From Candidatus Latescibacterota bacterium (lineage in GTDB: Bacteria; Latescibacterota; UBA2968), in assembly GCA_965207885.1 (NCBI GenBank), contig OZ242311.1, positions 480,001 to 544,000 of the forward strand: a DNA stretch of 64,000 bases, written 5' to 3'. The stretch's first letter is position 1, and each line of letters starts with the position of its first letter. Position numbers and translations under genes: made by a program. The notes beneath the pieces were generated by a model. That model searched no databases and was not told the origin of the DNA. It was given only the letters and a program-made list of their open reading frames with translations. Shown here in pieces: positions 37,403 to 46,665 of this stretch.

Positions 37403-38245
37403 TCAGGGCGCAGGTCGTCTCACTGTCTCTTCAAAGTAAGTTGTCTCTGGATTGTCAATCCAATCGCAAGCCCAACCCAGTTCTTTCAGTCCGCTTTGAA
37501 CAATCGGCAATGTCGCCCGCAATTCTTTCACGGGTATCCAGTCACGCCAGTTGCGGTCGGCCGGTGGGGCGAGAAATTCTCTCAGGCCGCCTACTGCCCG
37601 TTGAATCGATGGATATACCATCGCGCCCAGTTGTGTCTGTTTGGCCGCTTCAACCAGCCATTTGTCGTAGGGAAACGGCTGTCTGTCAGCAACGCAGCAC
37701 ATTTTGCAGAGGTGTTCGATGACGTTTCCAACCGCAACAAACGCTGTTTCCACCTTATTTCGAGCTGCCATAGCCAGTGGACCGCGCTGCGAGTAATGAT
37801 ACTTGCCGAATATCCACTTCAACTTGCTCTCCGCGACCGCTGGCGGATACAGGGAATAGCGATGTTTCAGCTCTTCAGCGATATTTGAACTACCGTAGAG
37901 GGTTCGCGAGGTGGCAATAACCCACATCATCTCATCCGGGTATGTTTCCAACCACGCCCGCAGGTCATCTTCATCGTAAAACGACCAGTGGGCTTCGTAG
38001 TCGCCTCTATCGACGAAGAGTTGCCCGCTTCGTTCATAAGTCCTCCGATCTTCACCGGAAAGGTGCCGCTTATCGCCAATGATACAAAGGTCGAGGTCTG
38101 ACCATTCATCGGCAAAGTTAGCGGCGCGACTCCCAATCAACATGAGGACAGGGCGTTCACCCATTCGTTGGCAAGAATCTATGGCTCGATTGATGAACTG
38201 TTGATCTTCTGGACTGAAACGAATCTTTTCTCTCATTGCAGACAT
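37403..38245 (-). CDS. Nucleotidyltransferase domain protein (DUF4037-like)
   Basis: LIGSRAANFADEWSDLDL; PFPYDKWL motif; start uncertain. Confidence 0.75.
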   Translation of the reverse strand: MSAMREKIRFSPEDQQFINRAIDSCQRMGERPVLMLIGSRAANFADEWSDLDLCIIGDKRHLSGEDRRTYERSGQLFVDRGDYEAHWSFYDEDDLRAWLETYPDEMMWVIATSRTLYGSSNIAEELKHRYSLYPPAVAESKLKWIFGKYHYSQRGPLAMAARNKVETAFVAVGNVIEHLCKMCCVADRQPFPYDKWLVEAAKQTQLGAMVYPSIQRAVGGLREFLAPPADRNWRDWIPVKELRATLPIVQSGLKELGWACDWIDNPETTYFEETVRRPAP

Positions 38246-38342
38246 CTCCCGGACGGTTGTTGTCAAGGTTATTCATATTAGACTGCACGGATGAAAATTG
38301 TACGTCGCGGTGTCTTGTATATTGAAGTTTCTTTCTTGATAT

Positions 38343-38361
38343 TATACGGCATTGCCGTATA
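38343..38361. promoter_or_regulatory. Palindromic operator upstream of HTH antitoxin
   Basis: TATACGGCA-T-TGCCGTATA perfect inverted repeat. Confidence 0.65.
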
Positions 38362-38386
38362 TTTTATTTCCGTAGAGAGATTGAAA

Positions 38387-38659
38387 ATGAATGAAAAGAA
38401 TAGAAATATCGGTCAAGAGATTCTATCTGGCCTACAGGAAATCAAGCGCGGCGAACACGGTCGTATTATCACAGTGCCTGACATTGCCCAAACGAGAGCG
38501 AAAGTGGGTCTTTCTCAGACTCAGTTTGCCCAATTGATGGGTGTATCTGTTCGCACACTGCAAGATTGGGAGCAGGGCCGCCGCCGTCCATCGGGAGCAG
38601 CCCGGACACTATTGATAATCGCAGACAAAAACCCTCAAGCGATATTGGATGTGATGTAA
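38387..38659 (+). CDS. XRE-HTH (HigA/YiaG-like) orphan antitoxin
   Basis: GLSQTQFAQLMGVSVRTLQDWEQGRRRPSGAARTLL. Confidence 0.88.
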   Translation: MNEKNRNIGQEILSGLQEIKRGEHGRIITVPDIAQTRAKVGLSQTQFAQLMGVSVRTLQDWEQGRRRPSGAARTLLIIADKNPQAILDVM

Positions 38660-38697
38660 AACCTGTAACCTGAAATCTGGAATAGAATTGAAAAATA

Positions 38698-38725
38698 AAC
38701 GCCCTGCTCAAGCAAGCAGGGCGTT
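38698..38725. terminator. Terminator hairpin
   Basis: AACGCCCTGCT-CAAGCA-AGCAGGGCGTT. Confidence 0.65.
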
Positions 38726-38753
38726 GACGTAATTAGAGCAGAATTGATCGCGT

Positions 38754-39251
38754 CTATTCCCCAAGGTCGTCAATGACGTCAGAAATATAATCTCGCAGCC
38801 ACGATTCTGGATCAGAATGCGATTTCAGAACTGGCAGAATGTCACTATCGCCCCACAATTCCGCTGCTTGAACTGCGGCATCTCTAATCTCCACATCATC
38901 CAAAGCTAACGCATCACGCACGAGTTCGGAACGCCATGAACTGATTCCTGGATATTCCTGGCGACCAAGACAACGCAGAACGGACGCCGCGAAGACCGGT
39001 TGTGCAGTATCTAAGGAGAAATCTCTCAGCCACTCGAGAATTCGCGCGTCTTCCCCGGATTGTAATGTCTGTTCTATAATGTCCTCAGCCTTATGGTGCA
39101 TACCGTCTTCAAGGGGCTGGGTTTCAAAGGCTACGTGCAATTTGTTTGCAAGTCGCGCTTGTTCGCGCTCCTCACCCCGATCCGGTTTGAAATGAAGCTC
39201 ACAGGGTGCTTCTTTAATAGATGGGTTACTGTAGAGACGACGTTGCACCAT
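38754..39251 (-). CDS. Hypothetical helical (HEAT-repeat-like) protein
   Basis: DDVEIRDAAVQAAELWG...DPESWLRDY. Confidence 0.6.
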   Translation of the reverse strand: MVQRRLYSNPSIKEAPCELHFKPDRGEEREQARLANKLHVAFETQPLEDGMHHKAEDIIEQTLQSGEDARILEWLRDFSLDTAQPVFAASVLRCLGRQEYPGISSWRSELVRDALALDDVEIRDAAVQAAELWGDSDILPVLKSHSDPESWLRDYISDVIDDLGE

Positions 39252-40318
39252 TAGATTCTCTCCCTAAGTTATACACCGCTCGTCCTTCTTTTTTTAGACC
39301 GACAAATTTAATGTTGAAAGAATAGACCGGACTCTACCCGTCAGAGACTTGTAGTTGGCAACTGAACAACAACAGGAGAATGAAGGATAAAAGGTATTTC
39401 TTCATAACTAAACAGGTCTTGAATGCAGTATCCAATTTCTTACGCGCCGTATAATCCGGACCGAAAGTTACAAATCCGTCTCCTTACAAAGCTCGAACGC
39501 CATGTTGATGAATGGACTGACTGATTTCCCAAGCACTGCAACACCCTCCTCGTGAGGACACGGTATCTTGAAACGCGATCGTGCGGCTCCGTTAAGGCCG
39601 AAGGCGTAGCCGTCGATGTGAACAATGTAGAACAGATTATCTTGGCATTCAACAATGACGCGATCTGTTCGGAATGGCCACGCCTCTCCAAACTCAGCTT
39701 TCGTGATTATTCGCGTCGGCCACTCGCCATTGACAATCTCTTGTTCAGATCGTTTGATCCAGTTTTCTTTTTTTTGATTAAGATTTTGTACGGAACGACA
39801 ATATTGGGTGGTTCCAAGTTCCTCATCGCGGAGATTTCGAAATTCCGTGTATATCCCTGAGGCTTGACGGAGTCTCCCGTTTTGGTCAACATGATCACCG
39901 ATGGTGAATTGCAGTGCAATTGCTCTGGTGAGTCGCTCCATCTTGGCAATTAATTGAGAATGAATGTGAGGATAATAGTCTCGATCAAGTGACTCAGTAT
40001 CATCCAAGAATAGTGAGATGTCTCCAATGCTTAACTCAAGGCCTTCCCACTCTGCTTCTGGATCAATCGGACTGTGAGGACTACCAGCAACGATATCGAG
40101 GTTATAGTAGCGCCCTTTCTGACCAAACAAAGAGAGGATTCGGATGCACTCCTGTAGAGTCTGATCAGCCGTGATAAAATCGAATTCTTTTTGAACAGAA
40201 GGCCGCGTCTTTCCGCCGTAGAATTCAGTGCAGATTTTCTCGAGCAGATGTTCCAGATTATGTCCAAGCCGTTTCATGTATTTCATGTCTGGATACGAGC
40301 CTTTTTCGCCTTCATATA

Positions 40319-41189
40319 CTAGGTAGTGTCTGAAAAGTAAGCTTTGAAGAGTTGTCTGATACAGGCCAGCTTGACCATAGTGAGAAAATGAGTCGCCTTT
40401 TTTTCAAATCGGGTCACAATCCGTCGGCAGTGTTTAAGCCAACCAAAGAGACGCTCCACGATATTGCGTTTGGCATATAATCTTTTATCACACTTAGGCC
40501 GTGGTCCTCTCTTACGCCGTTTTCTGCCTTTGGGAATCGCCTTGTTTGGGATAGCAGCCTTGATACCCCGTTTGCGTAGATAGACTCTGATGCGTGAGAC
40601 ATCATAAGATTTATCAGCTACCAGATACTTGGGTCGGTTTCTTGGACGCCCTCGTTTGGTGGGTATGCATACCTTTGACAGTAGCCTTTCAGCCTGTGTG
40701 GATTCTGACTGGTTACCAGGGAGAAGATCCACTGCTAAAGGATGCCCGACTGCATCGCAAAGAAGATGGATTTTCGTGGTCAAACCGCCACGAGAGCGTC
40801 CTAAAGCGTGATCTGGGGGCTCTTCTTCACCCTTTTTGCCCTTTTTTTTTCGCTCCTGCCGCGGCTTGTGTGGCTCGAATATGGGTTGCATCCATCATCC
40901 AGGTCGCATAATCTAAAAGACCATCTTCACCCAATTTGAGATGTAGCTTTTCTACAATGCGATCAAAGGTGCCATCCTGTTTCCATTTGCAGAATCGGTC
41001 AAAGGCTGTCTGCCAAGGACCATATCGTTCTGGCAGGTCGCGCCAAGCTGCACCTGAACACAATATCCAGAAGATCCCGTTGAATAATGTACGATCATCC
41101 CGACGGGGACGACCCATCTTCTTCGGCGGTGGGAACAGGTCTTGGATCAGATGCCAAGCCTCGTCGCGCAGTTCATATCTCCGTTGCAT
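40319..41189 (-). CDS. IS5 transposase, two ORFs joined by a probable programmed frameshift
   Basis: OrfA has GAAWRDLPERYGPWQT; OrfB has GRSRGGLTTKIH, ADKSYD, YAKRNIVER. An A9-GGG slippery run lies at the overlap (~40838-40850). Confidence 0.88.
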
Positions 41190-41258
41190 ATCATACTCCT
41201 TGGTTTAGGGCGTATGCTGCAACTAAAATACATACTTTACGACTTTTCAGACACTACC
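40322..41258 (-). mobile_element. IS5-family (IS427-like) insertion sequence, 937 bp
   Basis: Perfect 17-bp TIRs GGTAGTGTCTGAAAAGT/ACTTTTCAGACACTACC flanked by a TA duplication. Confidence 0.93.
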
Positions 41259-41580
41259 TAAGGAGATATAGCATTTCATCAACCGCTCAAAACCACTTGC
41301 TAGTAGTTGGTGAGGCAAATGGTAGAAATCATTGCTCATGTCGATCTCTTGAAGACCTCCAAAACCAGCTTTGATCAATTCCCGTGATATTTTCAATTCT
41401 TCGCAAAGACACAAAAATTTTGTAGTATCTGCATTCATTCTATTACCTCACGCGACAAACCGAAGGCTGTGTGGGCCAGTTAAGACCATGATGATGTCAG
41501 TATAGAATCGATAAGCACCGGCATAATCTCACACAACGACCCGTCGAGCCAAGTCTCCCAAACCGACACTTTGTTATCCT

Positions 41581-42525
41581 TCAATTTGTTTTTAGGCGTT
41601 GTCGTAGTTCATCGACAGAGAGTGCCGGCTTCTCTCTATGAAGCATGGCATGACAGTTTGGACATACTGGGCAAAGGTCTTTGATAGGGTCAACCTCATA
41701 CTCACCGCGGATGCTCGAAAGCTCCTTTCTATGATGCACATGAATGAACCCCCGTCCGATATCCCCGTAGTATTCCTCAAAACACATCTTGCAGACCGAG
41801 CACCTGTATCCATGCTCTTCCAAGCATTTCTCTCGAGCTTTAACATTGCGTTCATACGCATTCACTGTCACCTTCCTTCGTGCTCCCTCAATTAATGGCT
41901 CTTGTGGATCAATCTCATCAGGATAGACGTGTACACCGCTTAGTCCTATTTCCATTAGTATTTTATCTCGTATTTTTTCACTTTCTGGTTTATCAGCATA
42001 CCAGATATTTGATTGACCCATTCCACCTTTAACCCCTTTTGGAATTTGAATATTTCTTTGCTCAATTGGTAATAATTTGTAGTTTGATTTCTCTGCAACA
42101 ATGCGGTATCCATCGATATTATTTGTTTTATGGCCTGGTGGAGCTTGATCAAATTTTTGATACTCTCGATAAACAGTTGCATTTTTGTACCAACCGACAA
42201 TGACTCTTCCTCTATCTGAATGTGTGGCAGTCCATATAACATTCACATTTTCAATAAAAACATCATTTTTTTTGGCACCTAATCTATTGATGTTGATTTT
42301 TGAACGTGAAAAATACTCATCAGTCCCAGATTTGATGTTCTCACCTAAACGCCCTGATGGAGGCTGAACATATCCGTAAATTTGATTTTCATAAGGTGCA
42401 AAATTACAGACTTCAAATCCATGACCTTCTCTATCGACGTAAGATCCACCACCACCAATTTTATCATTATCGTTTTGACCTTGATAGTATTTCATCCATC
42501 CGACATTACAAAATAAATAGACCAT
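41581..42525 (-). CDS. HNH endonuclease with N-terminal putative sensor domain (McrA-like)
   Basis: EG...NAYERN...CSVC...FIHVHH...CPVCPNCHAMLH. Confidence 0.85.
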   Translation of the reverse strand: MVYLFCNVGWMKYYQGQNDNDKIGGGGSYVDREGHGFEVCNFAPYENQIYGYVQPPSGRLGENIKSGTDEYFSRSKININRLGAKKNDVFIENVNVIWTATHSDRGRVIVGWYKNATVYREYQKFDQAPPGHKTNNIDGYRIVAEKSNYKLLPIEQRNIQIPKGVKGGMGQSNIWYADKPESEKIRDKILMEIGLSGVHVYPDEIDPQEPLIEGARRKVTVNAYERNVKAREKCLEEHGYRCSVCKMCFEEYYGDIGRGFIHVHHRKELSSIRGEYEVDPIKDLCPVCPNCHAMLHREKPALSVDELRQRLKTN

Positions 42526-42586
42526 GAGCACTGGACTTGACCCGTTTTAGTGGACAACTTATCTCTTTCAGAGAAAGGAGTCCGCA

Positions 42587-42898
42587 ATGGGAAGAAAAAG
42601 ATCATATCCATCAGCATTTCGCCAGCAAATGGTCGCGCTGGTCAGATCAGGCCGTAGTGCCAGCGATTTGGCCAAAGAGTTTGAGCCGACCGCTCAGACG
42701 ATCAGTGCCTGGGTGCGTCAAGCAGACCGCGATGAAGGCCGTCGGGACGATGGGTTGACCAGTCGTGAGCGAGAAGAACTTCAGCGGCTTCGCAAAGAAA
42801 ATAAACGCTTGCGTCAAGAGCGTGAGATCCTTGCAAAAGCCGCGGCCTGGTTCGCAGCGGAGACCGATGCGATACCCCCAAAATCTTCAGATACATAA
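42587..42898 (+). CDS. IS3 OrfA (HTH)
   Basis: YPSAFRQQMVAL...LRKENKRLRQEREILAKAAAWF. Confidence 0.9.
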   Translation: MGRKRSYPSAFRQQMVALVRSGRSASDLAKEFEPTAQTISAWVRQADRDEGRRDDGLTSREREELQRLRKENKRLRQEREILAKAAAWFAAETDAIPPKSSDT

Positions 42899-42927
42899 AG
42901 GCGCATCAGGCCATCCATCCGATCACC

Positions 42928-43779
42928 ATGCTATGCCGCGTGCTGGGTGTCTCCACCAGTGGGTATTATGCCTGGTGTAATAGACCTTTATCTAAACGGG
43001 CAAAGGACGATGAAAAGTTAACAGAACAAATAAGCACCTTTCATCAGCGTTCTAATGGAACCTATGGCGCACCGCGTATCTTTCAGGATCTGCGCGAAGT
43101 AGGTGTCCACATCAGCAAGAAACGGGTCGCAAGACTGATGCGACAAGCCAATATATGTGGTGTGAGCCGAAGAAAAGGTATCCTGACTACATACCGGTCT
43201 ATCACAGACGAGAAAGCCCCTGATCTGGTTAAGCGAGACTTTAGGGTTGATAAGCCCAACAAGCTGTGGGTCGCTGATATTACCTACATAAAAACCTGGT
43301 CTGGCTTTTTGTATCTCTCTGTTGTTCTCGACGCCTTCTCCAGACGCGTAGTTGGTTGGGCAATGGCCTCGCATCTGAAGACCCAACTGGTCTTAGATGC
43401 CTTGGATATGGCACTTTGGAACCGACGACCAGATGGGGTCATCCATCATTCAGATCAAGGCGCTCAATATACCTCTTATGCCTTTGGTCAACGCTGTGCA
43501 AGAATGGGGGTCAAACCCTCTGTCGGATCGGTTGGCGATTGCTTTGACAATGCCTTGTGTGAAAGCTTCTTTGCTACCCTTGAATGCGAGTTGATAGACC
43601 GGCATAGCTTCCCCAATCATAATCAGGCCAAACTGTCTATCTTCGAGTATATTGAAGGGTGGTATAACCCACACCGCAGACACTCTGCGATCAGGTACCA
43701 ATCGCCCATCACCTATGAAAAACTGATGGCAAAAGGTGACGGGGTTGAAAGTTCTACACTATCCACTAAAACGGGGTAA
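42928..43779 (+). CDS. IS3 OrfB DDE transposase
   Basis: WVADITY, HHSDQGAQY, DNALCESFF. Confidence 0.92.
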   Translation: MLCRVLGVSTSGYYAWCNRPLSKRAKDDEKLTEQISTFHQRSNGTYGAPRIFQDLREVGVHISKKRVARLMRQANICGVSRRKGILTTYRSITDEKAPDLVKRDFRVDKPNKLWVADITYIKTWSGFLYLSVVLDAFSRRVVGWAMASHLKTQLVLDALDMALWNRRPDGVIHHSDQGAQYTSYAFGQRCARMGVKPSVGSVGDCFDNALCESFFATLECELIDRHSFPNHNQAKLSIFEYIEGWYNPHRRHSAIRYQSPITYEKLMAKGDGVESSTLSTKTG

Positions 43780-43784
43780 CTCCA

Positions 43785-44011
43785 TTTTCACTCTTCTCTT
43801 GGGACTTTGTTCCCTTTTGTTGTGGGACCCATTCTCTTGGATTAATTGGGGAAGTTGGGCAATGTACCCTAAATTCCTACACCTCAAAATCTATGTCCAA
43901 ATTATGCTTCCATTTATATTTCTTAATATTCCTCTATGGAGACACTGGTTTAGATGGATTGCTTTGGTTGTTCCTATTGTATTAGCTCTGATCGCAATTA
44001 CTGCGATGTAG
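43785..44011 (+). pseudogene. 3' remnant of a membrane-protein gene truncated by IS3
   Basis: Hydrophobic open frame starting exactly at the IS end, followed by a terminator. Confidence 0.45.
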
Positions 44012-44041
44012 TTTATATAAAAAATGCTTCTGAATTGATAT

Positions 44042-44068
44042 AAGGGAACTTTTTAGTTCCCTTTTTTT
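44042..44068 (+). terminator. Intrinsic terminator
   Basis: AAGGGAACT-TTTT-AGTTCCCTT followed by a T run. Confidence 0.7.
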
Positions 44069-44140
44069 AGGTCAAGTCCGAACTTGAAATTATTCTGAAC
44101 ACATTGCAGGGAGAATAAAATAATCCTTATAGGAGGGAAA

Positions 44141-44425
44141 ATGCTCAGTCATAACGAATTGATCGCAAAAATGCGGTCACAGCCTGGATACAAAGAAAAG
44201 TATGATGAAGTAGCACCTGAGTTTGAGTTGCTGCACAAGATGCTTGAGGCGCGAAAACGCGCTGGCATGACTCAAGAGCAGGTCGCTGAGAAGATGGGCA
44301 CGAAGGCGACCGCGATTACCCGCTTAGAGTCTGCCAATAGCCGACATTCCCCCAAAGTAGAAACGCTGCGAAAATATGCGGAGGCCGTGGGCTGTCGGCT
44401 CAATATTGAGTTGATCCCCGATTGA
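44141..44425 (+). CDS. XRE-HTH (HigA-like) orphan antitoxin
   Basis: ARKRAGMTQEQVAEKMGTKATAITRLES...PKVETLRKYAEA; GGAGG RBS. Confidence 0.88.
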   Translation: MLSHNELIAKMRSQPGYKEKYDEVAPEFELLHKMLEARKRAGMTQEQVAEKMGTKATAITRLESANSRHSPKVETLRKYAEAVGCRLNIELIPD

Positions 44426-44634
44426 CGTGAAGGGTATCGGTTTAATAAAGAAGAACGGGTAGAGAATTATAATATTCTTTACCCGTTTTCTTTTTGTCCT
44501 CGCTGACGGTCTGGCTTAGAGGGGCATGTCTTGACCCTCACCGTTTGACCCTCAAAAATTGATCCCAGGATCAATAGATAGTGGGGGTAGCAGGTTCGCT
44601 TGAGTCACAGGCGGGGTATAGCGGGTCGTGATCC

Positions 44635-45198
44635 TCATATTTCTCTTACAATGGTGTTCAAGTTGTAATCCGGCAGGTCGAATACCACATAAGAGGGGAG
44701 GTTCAATTGTTGCCAGAGGTCGAAGCCGTTTGTCCGGGTTTTTTGGGCAGTGAATAAAGAGATGACGGTGCCGTGGGTGGCGATGGCTATGGTTTTGCGG
44801 GGGTGTGTTTTTACGGCTTTTTCAACGGCTTGGGTGAATCGCAGGCGGGCCTGATGTGCTGTTTCATTGCCAAAGATCAGGTCGTTGGGGCGTGCGAAGA
44901 AGGTTTTTACGGTGGTGTGCCATGTTTCTTGGGGGATAAAGGGGACGCCTTTGCGGTCGTGTTCGTGAAGGTTGGGTGCTGATGAATAGGGGATTTGGAG
45001 GATGTCGGCGACGAGTTGTCCCGTTTCTCGGGCTTTGGGTTCTTCGCTTGTGATGAGGAGGTCTGGTTTATAGGGGCGCAGTGCTTCGGCGAGCGGGGTG
45101 CAACTTGCGCGTCCGCTGTCCGATAGTTGCCAGTCTGGGGCGGATTGTGTTTCGTCGATTTGAGGCTGGGCGTGTTTGATCAAGATGAGATGGTTCAT
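44635..45198 (-). CDS. Histidine phosphatase (phosphoglycerate mutase) family protein
   Basis: LILIKHA, TSEEPKARET, LHEHDR, IATHG. Confidence 0.82.
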   Translation of the reverse strand: MNHLILIKHAQPQIDETQSAPDWQLSDSGRASCTPLAEALRPYKPDLLITSEEPKARETGQLVADILQIPYSSAPNLHEHDRKGVPFIPQETWHTTVKTFFARPNDLIFGNETAHQARLRFTQAVEKAVKTHPRKTIAIATHGTVISLFTAQKTRTNGFDLWQQLNLPSYVVFDLPDYNLNTIVREI

Positions 45199-45205
45199 AG
45201 ACTAA

Positions 45206-46450
45206 TTAAGACGGTGTGTCCTCTGGATCCTTCCACAGCCGCACGGTGAAGCGGTGGTCCTCTTCAATCAGGTCTGGTTCGGTGCCGTTGTGGTCGCGCA
45301 TGGATCCGATGATTCGGTTGCGCACGCCCATGCCGAGATGCTCCACATAACCATAATCGCGCAGCACGTCCTTCACGAGTTCGTTTCTGGATACGCGCAG
45401 AACGCCCTCGCGCATTTTTTCTACTGTGACGCTATTGGGTAGCCGCCCTGGCGAGATGACTTCGAGGCGATCGCGGTACATAGAAACTTCGACATCTGTA
45501 CCAACCAATGTGTAGTCCCTGTGAACAACGGCGTTGACTATTGATTCCCGAACAGCCTCGAGTGGAAGTGCCTTTTTGCGGATACGCCGTCCGCCTTCGA
45601 GCCAGGCGATGGTGTGCAGGTTGCGGTTGACGAAGTCCACGGCCTGGTCAATCACGCCTTTCTCTTCGACGCGGCCGCGTTCTGACATGATCGAAACGAG
45701 AGGGCCTCGTATCACTTCCTCGTCAACGGTATCGTATTCCTTCTCATTGCGGGGAAAGGCGGTCGCCGTGATTCCGGCCTGAGGCACGCGGTAATTTGGA
45801 TTTTCGCCGAATAGCAATAACCCGGCGACGGTGGCGGCAGTGATTCCCCCTGCTTCGACGAGGAGGCCCGTGTTCAAGAGAAGCCGACGCCACGATTCGC
45901 GATCGTTGACAGACGGCGCATCGCGCTTTAATAGAACGCGGAAGTAGTTGTTGAGCCGGTCTATATCGAGGCTATCCAATCCCATGTCGAGTACGGGCTT
46001 GATCTCATAACGCATCAGACGGCTGGCCTGATAAAGTCGGCCTTCTTCGTCTCGGGTCGCCTCGCGCGAGGTGCTGCCGACGCGTACGAATGTTACCCAG
46101 TAGGATCCACGCTTGGCTTTATAGGGTTTGCCCGGGCTGTCTGCTGCGATGCGGATGACGCCCACGCATTTACCGCTATCGAAGGTGATGGAAGACCAGG
46201 AAGGAATGAACTCTGGCTGTATATGCGTGCGCGCGATCTCCATGACCCATCGCTCGGCTTCCTCCCGATTCCTTGTCAGACCGGAAATCCTGCCGTCGTC
46301 TTCCACGCCCAACAGAATCAGGCCACCTTCAAAGTTGAGCAGGGCGGACATTTCTCTCGCAATGGAATTGGGATGGCTATCGTCGCGCTTAAATTCAACG
46401 CCGGAGTTCTCGCCATTTCTGATTATCTCTATCAGATCGGTTCGGTTCAC
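45206..46450 (-). CDS. Schlafen/AlbA_2 domain plus HATPase_c_4 (RecG-C-like) protein
   Basis: GENSGVEFKR, ALLNFEGGLILLGVEDDG, RESIVNAVVHRDY, DRLEVISPG; GTG start after GGAG. Confidence 0.85.
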   Translation of the reverse strand: MNRTDLIEIIRNGENSGVEFKRDDSHPNSIAREMSALLNFEGGLILLGVEDDGRISGLTRNREEAERWVMEIARTHIQPEFIPSWSSITFDSGKCVGVIRIAADSPGKPYKAKRGSYWVTFVRVGSTSREATRDEEGRLYQASRLMRYEIKPVLDMGLDSLDIDRLNNYFRVLLKRDAPSVNDRESWRRLLLNTGLLVEAGGITAATVAGLLLFGENPNYRVPQAGITATAFPRNEKEYDTVDEEVIRGPLVSIMSERGRVEEKGVIDQAVDFVNRNLHTIAWLEGGRRIRKKALPLEAVRESIVNAVVHRDYTLVGTDVEVSMYRDRLEVISPGRLPNSVTVEKMREGVLRVSRNELVKDVLRDYGYVEHLGMGVRNRIIGSMRDHNGTEPDLIEEDHRFTVRLWKDPEDTPS

Positions 46451-46665
46451 GTTTTTTCTCCATGGGGTGAGGGACTTCCTGTTCTCGACCATTCTTACAG
46501 GTCTTAGCCGTCCATAGTGGTCATGAACCGGATAGGTTGCCTGATAAATATAAAGAGGGATAAGTAAATAAAACAAGACAAATACGGGGAAATCCGGTTT
46601 CGGACTGCGACATCTGCGTCGCGGTGTCTTGCATATTGGGGCGGTGTTCGGTATAATTTACTTTT

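Larger units (their letters stand above)
39468..41438 (-). pseudogene. HEPN-like protein gene split by IS5
   Basis: Removing the IS and one TA rejoins MNADTT...GFERLMKCYISL|VYEGEKGSYPDMKYMKRLGHNLEHLL in frame. Confidence 0.8.
42532..43784 (+). mobile_element. IS3-family insertion sequence, 1253 bp
   Basis: TG...CA ends with imperfect TIRs TGGACTTGACCCGTTTTAGTGGACA / TATCCACTAAAACGGGGTAACTCCA; no flanking target duplication. Confidence 0.92.

Noticed and set aside
44635-45198. KH instead of RH in the histidine phosphatase motif as a sign of novelty
   Set aside because: The catalytic His and the downstream HG are intact; a conservative substitution alone is not informative.
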